Shown: positions 19,873 through 29,291 of the stretch, piece after piece
Layout of the letters: the number at the start of each line of letters is the position of its first letter
How positions within the stretch are numbered: position 1 is the first letter of the stretch
Assembly: GCA_965223155.1 (NCBI GenBank)
Contig: CBDCVR010000013.1
Span: 1,024,001 to 1,088,000 of the forward strand
DNA length: 64,000 bases
Direction: 5' to 3'
DNA from: Candidatus Multivoradales bacterium
Lineage (GTDB): Bacteria > Acidobacteriota > Thermoanaerobaculia > Multivoradales > JAHEKO01
Program-made: the position numbers and the translations under genes
The notes under the pieces: generated by a model
What the model was told of the DNA's origin: nothing
Seen by the model: only the letters and a program-made list of their open reading frames with translations
Databases searched by the model: none

Positions 19873-21110
19873 CGGAGGAAGCGAAAGCGGCCGCGGCGTC
19901 GAGCCGCCTGGCGCCTTCGGATCTGGTCCGATTCGCGGCGGGAAGCCTTGGCGGGCACGGCCTGCGCACGGTCCTGAGTCTCCTGGGGGTCGCCATCGGC
20001 GTGACCGCGGTCCTGGTGCTCACGGCCCTGGGCGAGGGCGCACGCCGCTATGTCGTCGACCAGTTCGCCAACCTGGGCACCAACATCCTGATCGTGCTGC
20101 CGGGCAAGACCGAGACCTCGGGGTCCTTCGGCGTGGGGGGCGTGCCCAACGACCTGACGCTCGACGATGCCCGCGCGGTCGCCCGGGAGTTGCCCGCGAT
20201 TCGCCAAGTCGCGCCGGTGACCGTCGGCACCGAGGAGGTTTCTGCCGGTGAGCGGCGGCGGCAGATGGCGGTCATCGGCACCACTCGCGAGTACTCGGCC
20301 GTCCGCGAACTGGAGATGGCCCGCGGCGACTTCCTGCCCGACGAGGAGATGTTCCGGGGCTCACAGGTCGCTGTCGTCGGTTACTCGGCGGCGCGCGAGC
20401 TCTTCGGCACCCAGGACCCCGTCGGGCAGATCGTCCGGGCTGGCGGCTGGCGCTTCCGGGTCGTCGGCGTCCTGGCTCCGCAGGGGACGACCATGGGCAT
20501 CAACTTCGACGACGTGACGATCGTGCCGGTGCAGACCGGCATGCGGATGCTGAACCGATCCTCCCTGTTCCGCATCGTCGCGCAGGTCCACGCGCACGCC
20601 GATCTGGACTCGGCCAAGGAGGCAATGCTGCGGCTCCTGACCGAACGGCACGACGAGGAAGACGTGACCGTCCTGACTCAGGACGCCGTCGTCTCGACCT
20701 TCGGGGCGATTCTCCAAACCTTGACCCTGGTGGTGGGGGCGATCGGAGCCATCTCGCTGTCGGTCGCCGGCATCGGCATCATGAACGTCATGCTGGTCTC
20801 GGTCTCGGAGCGGACCCGCGAGATCGGTCTGCTCAAGGCGATCGGGGCTTCCCGCCGGCAGATCCTGGGACTCTTCCTGGTCGAGGCGGTCATCATCTCG
20901 GCGGCGGGAGGACTCCTGGGAGCGCTGGTCGGCTGGCTGGTGGTAGGCCTCCTGGTGCGCCTGGTGCCGGCGCTTCCCGCCAGTCCTCCAACCTGGGCCG
21001 TGGGCGCCGCGTTGAGCCTGGCGGTGGTGGTCGGCGGCGTCTTCGGCCTGCTACCCGCCCGCCGGGCCACCCGGCTGGATCCCGTGGCTGCCTTGAGCGG
21101 CCGAGGCTGA
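19869..21110 (+). CDS. ABC transporter permease (MacB/FtsX family)
   Basis: GIGIMNVMLVSVSERTREIG, PARRATRLDP. Confidence 0.92.
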   Translation: MTEEAKAAAASSRLAPSDLVRFAAGSLGGHGLRTVLSLLGVAIGVTAVLVLTALGEGARRYVVDQFANLGTNILIVLPGKTETSGSFGVGGVPNDLTLDDARAVARELPAIRQVAPVTVGTEEVSAGERRRQMAVIGTTREYSAVRELEMARGDFLPDEEMFRGSQVAVVGYSAARELFGTQDPVGQIVRAGGWRFRVVGVLAPQGTTMGINFDDVTIVPVQTGMRMLNRSSLFRIVAQVHAHADLDSAKEAMLRLLTERHDEEDVTVLTQDAVVSTFGAILQTLTLVVGAIGAISLSVAGIGIMNVMLVSVSERTREIGLLKAIGASRRQILGLFLVEAVIISAAGGLLGALVGWLVVGLLVRLVPALPASPPTWAVGAALSLAVVVGGVFGLLPARRATRLDPVAALSGRG

Positions 21111-21124
21111 CCGGAAGAACGACC

Positions 21125-22321
21125 GTGATCGAGCTCCCCGCCCTCGCCATCAAGACCGTGTTCGCTCACCGGCTGCGCTCGCTGCTCTCGGTGCTCGGCA
21201 TCGCCATCGGCATCCTGTCGGTCATCCTGCTCACCTCCCTGGGCGAGGGCACCCGCCGCTACATGATCGAGCAGTTCTCCCAGTTCGGCACCAACCTGAT
21301 CGCGATCAACCCCGGCAAGGCCGAAACCTCGGGCATCCCCGGGATCTTCGGCGGCACCACCCAAAAGCTCACCCTGGACGACGCCGAGGCCCTGCACCGC
21401 ATCCCCGGCATCGAGCACGTCGTGCCTCTGGCCTTCGGCATGGCCCGAGTCGAGGGCGAGGGCCGGGGCCGGAGCGTGTTCATTTACGGCGTCACTCCGG
21501 CCATGGAAGAGGTCTGGCGCTGGTCCGTCGCGGTCGGGTCGTATTGGCCGTCGACGGATCCCCGGGAAGGATCCCAGCAAGCGGTCCTGGGCCCCAAGCT
21601 CAAGAGCGAGCTCTTCGGCACCGACAGCGCCTTGGGCCGATTCGTCAAGATCGGCGGCAGCCGATTCCGGGTGACCGGGGTCATGGAGCCCAAGGGGCAG
21701 ATGTTGGGCTTCGATCTGGACGACGCGGCCTTCATTCCGGTGGCAACGGCCATGCGCGTCTTCAATCTGGACGAGCTCAACGAGATCGATCTGACCTTCG
21801 CAGCCGGCCGCGAGGCGGCCCCGGTCGAGAACGCGATTCGGGCGCTCCTGACCGAGCGGCATGGCGGCAAGGACGACGTCACCATCACCACCCAAGCGGC
21901 GATGCTCGAGACCTTCGGCAACATCATGGACATCGTCACGCTGGCGGTAGGCGCCATCGGCGGCATCTCGCTCCTGGTCGGAGCGATCGGCATCCTCACC
22001 ATGATGTGGATCGCGGTCGGCGAGCGCACCAATGAGATCGGCTTGATCCGCTCGATCGGGGCCACCCGGCGTCAAGTCGAGGTGGTCTTCCTGACCGAAG
22101 CCGCCTTGCTGGCGCTGCTCGGGGGATTGGCCGGCGTGGGCACCGGCCTGGGCATCTGCGCTCTGCTCCGCACCCTGGTCCCGGGCCTGCCGGTTCACAC
22201 CCCGGCGGTCTTCGTGGCCGCGGCGCTCGTGATCAGCCTGGTGACCGGGGTCGCCTCGGGCGTCTTGCCGGCGCGGCGGGCCGCGTCCCTCGACCCGGTG
22301 GAGGCCCTCCGCGCCGAGTAA
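21125..22321 (+). CDS. ABC transporter permease (MacB/FtsX family), second subunit
   Basis: ERTNEIGLIRSIGA, PARRAASLDPVEALRAE. Confidence 0.92.
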   Translation: MIELPALAIKTVFAHRLRSLLSVLGIAIGILSVILLTSLGEGTRRYMIEQFSQFGTNLIAINPGKAETSGIPGIFGGTTQKLTLDDAEALHRIPGIEHVVPLAFGMARVEGEGRGRSVFIYGVTPAMEEVWRWSVAVGSYWPSTDPREGSQQAVLGPKLKSELFGTDSALGRFVKIGGSRFRVTGVMEPKGQMLGFDLDDAAFIPVATAMRVFNLDELNEIDLTFAAGREAAPVENAIRALLTERHGGKDDVTITTQAAMLETFGNIMDIVTLAVGAIGGISLLVGAIGILTMMWIAVGERTNEIGLIRSIGATRRQVEVVFLTEAALLALLGGLAGVGTGLGICALLRTLVPGLPVHTPAVFVAAALVISLVTGVASGVLPARRAASLDPVEALRAE

Positions 22322-22332
22322 TCGGTGAGTGC

Positions 22333-22914
22333 CTAGGGGCCTTCGCTATAGCTCTCGACGCGGTATCGCCAGAAGCGAAGATCGTCCACGTCGTCACCGG
22401 GCCGAATACCCGCCTTTTGCTTCAGGCGGGCGACGAAGTCCTCCGAGTTTGCCACTTCGCTCCAGACCTGTGGCAGGAACGTTGCCCGCCGGCCGCCGCT
22501 GCGCAGGACGAGGCCGTCGACTCCGGGTCGCAGGACCTCCAGGAGCTCCGCTTCCGTGCACGGCGGCAGGGCCTCGGGCTCGCTCAGTACCGAGACCTCG
22601 ACGCGGATCCGACCCACCTCCTCCGCAGTGACCGGGGCAAAGCGCGGATCTTCGAAGGCCGCGGCCCGGGCATTGGCCGCGATGTCGGCGGCCAAGGAGC
22701 GGCGAGCAACCAGACTCCCGATGCAACCGCGTAGCTGGCCGTCCAGAGTCAAGGTGACGAAGCTCGCGGCTGGCCGATCGAGCCATTCGGCCTCGGCGCC
22801 GGCCGGCTCAACCGCGTCCGGAACTGCCGTACCCAGCTCGGCGGCAAGCGTCCGCCGCGCCACCCCCACGGTCAGCTCGCCCCGGCGGGACCGATCCGGA
22901 CAGGTACCGGTCAT
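22333..22914 (-). CDS. amrA: AmmeMemoRadiSam system protein A (AMMECR1 domain)
   Basis: FVTL..LRGCIG, AAFEDPRF, ATFLPQVW. Confidence 0.92.
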   Translation of the reverse strand: MTGTCPDRSRRGELTVGVARRTLAAELGTAVPDAVEPAGAEAEWLDRPAASFVTLTLDGQLRGCIGSLVARRSLAADIAANARAAAFEDPRFAPVTAEEVGRIRVEVSVLSEPEALPPCTEAELLEVLRPGVDGLVLRSGGRRATFLPQVWSEVANSEDFVARLKQKAGIRPGDDVDDLRFWRYRVESYSEGP

Positions 22915-23723
22915 GGCGGATAGAACGCGAAGGCGCCGTAGCCGACGACCCGGTCGGATCCGCCGGCGGTGTCGCCCGAGTTGCGGAGATCGATCGCCCG
23001 TGCCTCGAAGCCCCTGCGCGCGGCCGACCTCAGCAAGCCGTTGATCGGCGCGGCGCCGCAAGCGTCTTCGGGACCGAGGGTCGCGTCACCGGCGAGGATC
23101 CGCTCGGCGGTGGCGCGATCGGCGGCGCGCGCCGCCCCGTAGGGCAGATAGTGCGACAGATCGGAGCTCACAACGACGCACACGTCGTCTCCGTCCCAGA
23201 CGGCGTCGAGCACCGCCGCGACCTGAGTGGGTGCGGCCACGCCGACCACGAGAGGCAGCACGGTGAGCTCGTCGGCCAACAGTTGCAGAAACGGCAGCTC
23301 GACCTCGAGCGAATGCTCGCCGGCGTGCGCCCGATCCTCGACCGTAACCGGCGCCTGGGCCAGCGCGCGCCGGGCCAGCTCGCCGTCCACCTCCACCTCT
23401 CCCAGCGGCGTCGCCAGAGCCTCTGCGTCGGGAAGCGCCAGACCCGAGAGCCGGAGGCGATGCGCCGGCCCCAGAAGCACGACCCGCAGCTTGCCAGAGC
23501 CTCCTGCGAGCCGCGCGAAGGCGCTACCGGCGATCTCGCCCGAGTATCGGTAGCCAGCGTGCGGCGCGATCAGCGCTCGAGGCGGGCCCAGGTCGTCGAG
23601 CCCGGCGCCCAGCTCGGTACCCAGCTCCAGGTAGGCACGGACCGCCGCGGCCAGCTCGGCGGCGTCGCCGGGATAGAACAGACCAGCGACAGCCGGCTGC
23701 CGCACCCTGTCGAGATCGGTCAT
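22911..23723 (-). CDS. amrB: AmmeMemoRadiSam system protein B (MEMO1 family)
   Basis: RQPAVAGLFYP, PHAGYRYSG, EHSLEVELPF, SSDLSHY, VVGY. Confidence 0.92.
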   Translation of the reverse strand: MTDLDRVRQPAVAGLFYPGDAAELAAAVRAYLELGTELGAGLDDLGPPRALIAPHAGYRYSGEIAGSAFARLAGGSGKLRVVLLGPAHRLRLSGLALPDAEALATPLGEVEVDGELARRALAQAPVTVEDRAHAGEHSLEVELPFLQLLADELTVLPLVVGVAAPTQVAAVLDAVWDGDDVCVVVSSDLSHYLPYGAARAADRATAERILAGDATLGPEDACGAAPINGLLRSAARRGFEARAIDLRNSGDTAGGSDRVVGYGAFAFYPP

Positions 23724-23838
23724 CCCTGAGCGTCCTGAGCGTCCCGCCTTCGATGCTAGCACCGGGTCTCCGGAAGGCAGCTTCCGGTTGCGGAGCCCGG
23801 CCCACAGACCCGGCGGACCGAATGGCTCGGACGACGCC

Positions 23839-25341
23839 CTACTTGATCCCGACCGCCAGCTTGCCGATCGGTCGCGCGAAGACCAGATACGCCAGGCCGC
23901 AGACCGCCACGATCGTCGCCACCGTGCCGAAGAGCTCGGGCAGAGGCATGGCATTGATGTAACCGGCCACCAGCCCGGCGACCAGATTGCCCAGGGCCGC
24001 GCCCATGAACCAAGTGCCCATCATCTGGCCGACCAGCCGCTGCGGCGCCAGCTTGGTAATGCTGCTGAGCCCCACCGGACTCAGGCACAGCTCGCCCACC
24101 GTGTGCAAGAAATAGGTCGAGACCAGCCAGCCCATGCCCACCTTGCCCGGGTCCACGTAGTTCGAACCCCAGGCCAGCACGAAGAAACCGGCGCCCAGGA
24201 GCAGCAGGCCCAGCCCGAACTTGACCGGGATCGAAGGACTGCGCTCGCCCAGCTTGAGCCAGATCATGCCGATGACCGGCGCCAGCAGAATGATGAAGAT
24301 CGGATTGACCGACTGAAGCGCACCGGCGGTGATCTCGCTGCCCAGAAACGTCCGATCGGTGAAATCGCGGGCGAAGAGGTTCATCGACGAGCCCGCTTGC
24401 TCGAAGCCGGACCAGAACATGGCGGCTCCGAGAAACAGCAGCGCACAGAGTCCGATGCGCTTCTTCTCGGTCGCGTCCCGGCACACAAAGGCGATGACGT
24501 AGGTGAAATAGGCGATCGCCAGGACGACGACGATGACGCCGGTGGCCTGGGCGAACGACACCAGGGTGATCGGCAGCATGCCCGCCTTGCTCAGACCGAC
24601 CAGTGCCGCCACGGCGACGACGGTCCCGACCAGAGCCTGGGCGAACGTCTTCTTGGCCTGGGCGCGAACCGTGGGCTGGGCCGACTCTTCGCCGAGCTCG
24701 CCCGCGCCCTTGAGGTACTTGCCTCCGACCACGTACTGAATCAAGGCCAGGGTCATCCCGACGCCAGCCGCGCCGAAGCCGTAGTGCCAGTTCACCCAAC
24801 CGGCGCCGTCCCTGGGCTCGCCCAGGAACGAGCACACGATCGGACCCAGAAAGGCACCGATGTTGATGCCCATGTAGAAGATCGAAAAGCCGGCGTCCCT
24901 GCGCGCGCCCTTGTCCTCGTAGAGGTCGCCGACGATGGCGCTGACATTGGGCTTGAGCAGCCCCGTGCCGAAGACGATGAGAAGCAGGCCTACGTAAAAC
25001 GCCCAGTTCGCCGGAACGGCCAGCGCGTAGTGCCCGAGGGCGATCAAGATGCCGCCGTAGAGAACCGCTTTCTTCTGCCCCACCAGGCGGTCGGCGATCC
25101 AGCCGCCCGGCAGCGCCAGCGCGTACACGCCGAAGGTGTAGAGCCCGTAGATCGCCCCGGCCTTGTCCGGGTTCATGCCCAGGCCCTTGTTGGCGGCGTC
25201 GGTCATGAACAGGATGAGGAGAGCGCGCATCCCGTAGTAGCTGAAGCGCTCCCAGAGCTCGGTAAAAAAGAGCGTGGAAAGACCACGAGGATGGCCGAAC
25301 CATTGGGCGTCCGAGGCTGCGCTGGCTGAGGTCTCGCTCAT
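23839..25341 (-). CDS. POT-family proton-dependent oligopeptide transporter
   Basis: FGHPRGL, ELWERFSYYGMR, FSIFYMGINIG, GELCLSPVGLS. Confidence 0.93.
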   Translation of the reverse strand: MSETSASAASDAQWFGHPRGLSTLFFTELWERFSYYGMRALLILFMTDAANKGLGMNPDKAGAIYGLYTFGVYALALPGGWIADRLVGQKKAVLYGGILIALGHYALAVPANWAFYVGLLLIVFGTGLLKPNVSAIVGDLYEDKGARRDAGFSIFYMGINIGAFLGPIVCSFLGEPRDGAGWVNWHYGFGAAGVGMTLALIQYVVGGKYLKGAGELGEESAQPTVRAQAKKTFAQALVGTVVAVAALVGLSKAGMLPITLVSFAQATGVIVVVLAIAYFTYVIAFVCRDATEKKRIGLCALLFLGAAMFWSGFEQAGSSMNLFARDFTDRTFLGSEITAGALQSVNPIFIILLAPVIGMIWLKLGERSPSIPVKFGLGLLLLGAGFFVLAWGSNYVDPGKVGMGWLVSTYFLHTVGELCLSPVGLSSITKLAPQRLVGQMMGTWFMGAALGNLVAGLVAGYINAMPLPELFGTVATIVAVCGLAYLVFARPIGKLAVGIK

Positions 25342-25444
25342 TCGAATCTCCAGTTGTTTGGGCCTTTCCGGCCGCGCAAGGATACGGCGAGACGACCGCC
25401 ACGGCAAGCCGCCGCCAGGCCGGCGCCACTGCGAGCCGGGGCTG

Positions 25445-26887
25445 CTAGCCGGCCACCTCCGGCATCCAGCCGGCCAGCTGTTCCTTGACGGCCGCGTGCT
25501 CGGCCGCCGCCGCGAGGTTGATCCACTCGTTGGGGTCGCTGTCGTGATCGTAGAGCTCTTCCGAGCCATCGGCGTACCGGATGTAGCGCCAGCGCGAATC
25601 GCGCACCCCATGGCTGTCGGCATCGGCGGTGGTGATCGCCGGCAGCGGCCAGTCGGCGGCCGGGTTCTGGATCAGTGGCCGCAGCGAACGGCCTTCGACG
25701 TGCCCGGGAACTCCCACACCGCAGAGGTCGCAAATCGTCGGATAGAGGTGCATGAGGTCCACCGGAGCCGCGCTGAGCTCTCCGGGCGTAGCCATCCCGG
25801 GCGAGCGCAGGATGAAGGGAACTTGGGTGGCCTGCTCCCACAACTGGTACTTGTGCCACGCGCCCTTCTGGCCATGGTTGAAACCGTGGTCGCTCCAGAG
25901 CGCCACGACGGTGGTGTCCGCCTGTCCGCTGCGCTCGAGAGCGTCCAGCACCCGGCCCAGCATGGTGTCGATGAAGTACGTGGCCGCCAGGTAGGAGACC
26001 ACCGCCCGCCGCCATTGCCGGCTGGCCCGGATCCGGCGGAAATGGCTGTGGAAGGAGCGCAGCCGCGCGTGGCGCGGCACGTCCCGACGATCGTTGGCCA
26101 GGACCTCGGGCAGATGCACCTTGGCCGGATCGAAGGCCCGGAAGTAGCGCTTGGGCACGAACCAGGGCAAATGGGGCTCGAAGAAGCCGACCGCGAGAAA
26201 CCAGGGCTCCTCCCCAGCCGCCTCCAGCTTGCGCTCGGCCCAGGCCGCAAGCTGGCCGTCCCACATCTCAGCGTCCGGGATCGCGACCGGCCCCCAGTTG
26301 AGCATGGAGTCCTCGTTGAAGCCGTAGCGCTTGGGAGCCGCTCTCCGGCCGAAGAGATCCGGCACCTCGGGGGTGAAGAAGTCGTCAAAGACCGAGTCGC
26401 GCACCTCGTGGAAGATCTTGCCGCCCCCGGCCACGCGGTAGCCGGCCGCCCGGAAGTGCGCCGGCAGCGAGCCCCGCAGCAGATCCAGGGGAAACGGATC
26501 CGAGTTGGTGCGCACGCCGGATGTCCAGGGCCGCACGCCGGTCAGAACGGCCGTGCGCGACGCGTTGCAGTTGGTGCCCGGACTGTAGGCACGGCGGAAG
26601 AGCCGTCCGGAAGCGGCCAGCCCGTCCAGATTGGGAGTGCGCGCGTCCGGGTGGCCTCCCAGGCAGCCGACCCAGTTGTTGAGATCGTCGATCGAGATCA
26701 GGAGCACGTTTGGACGGCGGCGCGATCCGCACCCGGCCAAACTCAAGGCCCCGCTCGTGGCGAGAGCGAGCGAGCCGGCGCCCGCCAAACCCCATCGCAG
26801 GATGCCCCGGCGAGTTCTCTCCGTCTCGACCCCGGCCGCGACACCCCGCCTCTTTTTGACTCTCTTGCCAGTCTCGGTTCGTTTCAT
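25445..26887 (-). CDS. Sulfatase (iduronate-2-sulfatase-like), probable Tat-exported lipoprotein
   Basis: PNVLLISIDD, CNASRTAVLTG FGly motif, WSDHG, ELYDH; signal TRRGILR...LAGC. Start is uncertain. Confidence 0.85.
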   Translation of the reverse strand: MKRTETGKRVKKRRGVAAGVETERTRRGILRWGLAGAGSLALATSGALSLAGCGSRRRPNVLLISIDDLNNWVGCLGGHPDARTPNLDGLAASGRLFRRAYSPGTNCNASRTAVLTGVRPWTSGVRTNSDPFPLDLLRGSLPAHFRAAGYRVAGGGKIFHEVRDSVFDDFFTPEVPDLFGRRAAPKRYGFNEDSMLNWGPVAIPDAEMWDGQLAAWAERKLEAAGEEPWFLAVGFFEPHLPWFVPKRYFRAFDPAKVHLPEVLANDRRDVPRHARLRSFHSHFRRIRASRQWRRAVVSYLAATYFIDTMLGRVLDALERSGQADTTVVALWSDHGFNHGQKGAWHKYQLWEQATQVPFILRSPGMATPGELSAAPVDLMHLYPTICDLCGVGVPGHVEGRSLRPLIQNPAADWPLPAITTADADSHGVRDSRWRYIRYADGSEELYDHDSDPNEWINLAAAAEHAAVKEQLAGWMPEVAG

Positions 26888-27097
26888 TCTTCTTGGGACC
26901 TCTTCGATTCGCGCTCTTCCGGGCCCAGGCACTTCCGGCTGACCCCGGCCGCCCGACCTGGGGGAAACGATCAGCGCATCATAGTCCCTCAGCGGCCCAT
27001 CCCGGCTCGGGACCGACGCTTGACCGCTCGGAAAGCCACCGATATCCTCGCCATTCTTTGGCGCCGGGGAGAGCCCGTCCCGGAGCCGGCGCCGAAT

Positions 27098-27174
<77 letters not shown>

Positions 27175-27341
27175 TTGTTTCGTGCCGCCGGTTGCAACCC
27201 GCGAACGAGGGAACCGGCGGCCCCGAGACCGAGCCGGCCAGGACTCGATCGCCTCCTCGAGGGCCAGCCCGAGCCGCCGACCTAGGCTAGAATGCTAGGT
27301 ACGCGCGGCCGCCAACGGGCCCGCCGCGGAAAGGGGTTTCT

Positions 27342-29129
27342 ATGGCCATCAAGACGCTTGCCGACATCTTCTTTCTGGTCGCCGAGCGGCCGAAGCCGGA
27401 CTGCCTGAAGCACAAGGTGGACGGCATTTACCGGGACGTGTCCACGGCCGAGCTCGTGGACGGCGTCCAGCGCCTGGCCACCGCGCTCGTCGAGTTCGGC
27501 ATCCAGCCCGGCGATCGCGTGGCGCTCATGGCCGAGAACGGTCCCCACTGGCCCACCATCGATTTCGCGAGCTTGACTCTCGGCGCGGTGTTGGCGCCGG
27601 TCTACCCCACCCTGACCGGCGACCAGGCGGCGTACGTGATCAACGACTGCGGCGCCGAGATCGCGTTCGTCCAGGGGCACGCACGGCTCGACAGCTTGCT
27701 CGAGGAACGATCCAACATGCCCGCCGTGCGCCGCTTCGTGGTCATCGACGACGAGCCCAAAGGCGACGACATTCCCACCCTGGCATCCGTGCTCGAGGGC
27801 AGCGAGCCGATGCCGCTCGACGAGTTGCGCCGCCGGGCCGAAGCGATCGAGCCCGATGATCTCGCCACCTTCATCTACACCAGCGGCACCACCGGCAACC
27901 CCAAGGGCGTCATGCTCTCGCACGGCAACATCGCGTCCAACGTCGAAGCCAATCTCAACACGCTCGAGATCGCCAGCCACCAGACCGCCTTGTCCTTCCT
28001 ACCGCTGTCGCATTCGTTCGAGCGCACCATCGACTACATCTACTTCGCCCAGGGCCTGACCGTCGCCTACGCCGAATCGGTCCAGACCGTGGGCGAGAAC
28101 CTCCAGGAGATCCGGCCCCACTTCTTCGTCTCGGTGCCCCGGGTCTACGAGAAGGTGCTGGCGCGGGTACGCGAGAACGTGGCCAAGAGCTCCTCGACCA
28201 AGCAGAGGATCTTCCGCTGGGCCGAAAGCGTGGCCCGCGACGCGTTGCCGTACCGGCTCCGCCGCGAGAATCCGCCGGGGCTGCTCGGCTTGAAGCTCAA
28301 GATCGCCGACAAGCTTGTCTTCGCCAAGCTGCGCGAGCGCCTGGGCGGCCGCTTCGAAGCAGCGACCTCGGGCGGGGCCCCGCTCGGTCGCGACGTCGCG
28401 GCCTTCTTCTGGGGCGCCGGCATCGAAATCTACGAGGGCTACGGCCTGTCGGAGACCTCTCCGGTCCTGACCGTCAACCGCCCGGGCAAGGCCAAGCTGG
28501 GCACCGTCGGCACGGCTATCCCGGGCGTTACCCTGCGCATCGCCGAGGACGGCGAGATCCTGGCCAAGGGACCCAACATCATGCAGGGCTACTGGAACCT
28601 GCCAGAGAAGACCGCCGAGGCGATAGACAGTGACGGCTGGTTCCATACCGGCGACATCGGGGAAATCGACGACGAGGGCTTCCTCAAGATCACCGACCGC
28701 AAGAAGGAGATCATCGTCAACGCCTACGGCAAGAACGTGGCGCCGGCACCGATCGAGAACGCCATCAAGTCCAGCCCGTACATCGAGCAGGCAGTGGTCA
28801 TCGGCGACCGGCGGAAGTTTCTCTCCGCCCTGATCGTGCCCGACTTCGCCACTCTCGACGTCTGGGCCGGCGAGCACGGATTGCGCAGTGATGACCGGAA
28901 GGCGCTGATCGGCGACGAGGCGGTTCGCGACCTCCTGTACCGGGAGATCGAGAGGGCCAACGAAGAACTCTCCAAGCACCAGCGGGTCCGCGCGTGGGAG
29001 CTCCTTCCGGATGAGTTCTCCATCGAGACCGGCGAGCTGACGCCGACCCAGAAAATCAAGCGCCGAGTCATCCAACAGAAATTCGGCACGGTCATCGACG
29101 AGGTCTACCGCCGAGCCGCCGAGGACTGA
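27342..29129 (+). CDS. fadD: Long-chain fatty acid-CoA ligase
   Basis: YTSGTTGNPKG, YEGYGLSE, WFHTGDIG, ELTPTQKIKR. Confidence 0.9.
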   Translation: MAIKTLADIFFLVAERPKPDCLKHKVDGIYRDVSTAELVDGVQRLATALVEFGIQPGDRVALMAENGPHWPTIDFASLTLGAVLAPVYPTLTGDQAAYVINDCGAEIAFVQGHARLDSLLEERSNMPAVRRFVVIDDEPKGDDIPTLASVLEGSEPMPLDELRRRAEAIEPDDLATFIYTSGTTGNPKGVMLSHGNIASNVEANLNTLEIASHQTALSFLPLSHSFERTIDYIYFAQGLTVAYAESVQTVGENLQEIRPHFFVSVPRVYEKVLARVRENVAKSSSTKQRIFRWAESVARDALPYRLRRENPPGLLGLKLKIADKLVFAKLRERLGGRFEAATSGGAPLGRDVAAFFWGAGIEIYEGYGLSETSPVLTVNRPGKAKLGTVGTAIPGVTLRIAEDGEILAKGPNIMQGYWNLPEKTAEAIDSDGWFHTGDIGEIDDEGFLKITDRKKEIIVNAYGKNVAPAPIENAIKSSPYIEQAVVIGDRRKFLSALIVPDFATLDVWAGEHGLRSDDRKALIGDEAVRDLLYREIERANEELSKHQRVRAWELLPDEFSIETGELTPTQKIKRRVIQQKFGTVIDEVYRRAAED

Positions 29130-29291
29130 CGGGCGGCCGACAGGGCCGGAGCCGCCCAAGCCGCCTCGCGCGCCTTCCGCGGCACGCTTCCCGGCTCGGG
29201 TGCCGGACCGGCGGCTCCTGGCTCTCGCGGCATCACCTACCCATCGTTCATCCGGTATCGTTACCGCCCCAACAGACCACCAGGAACATCC

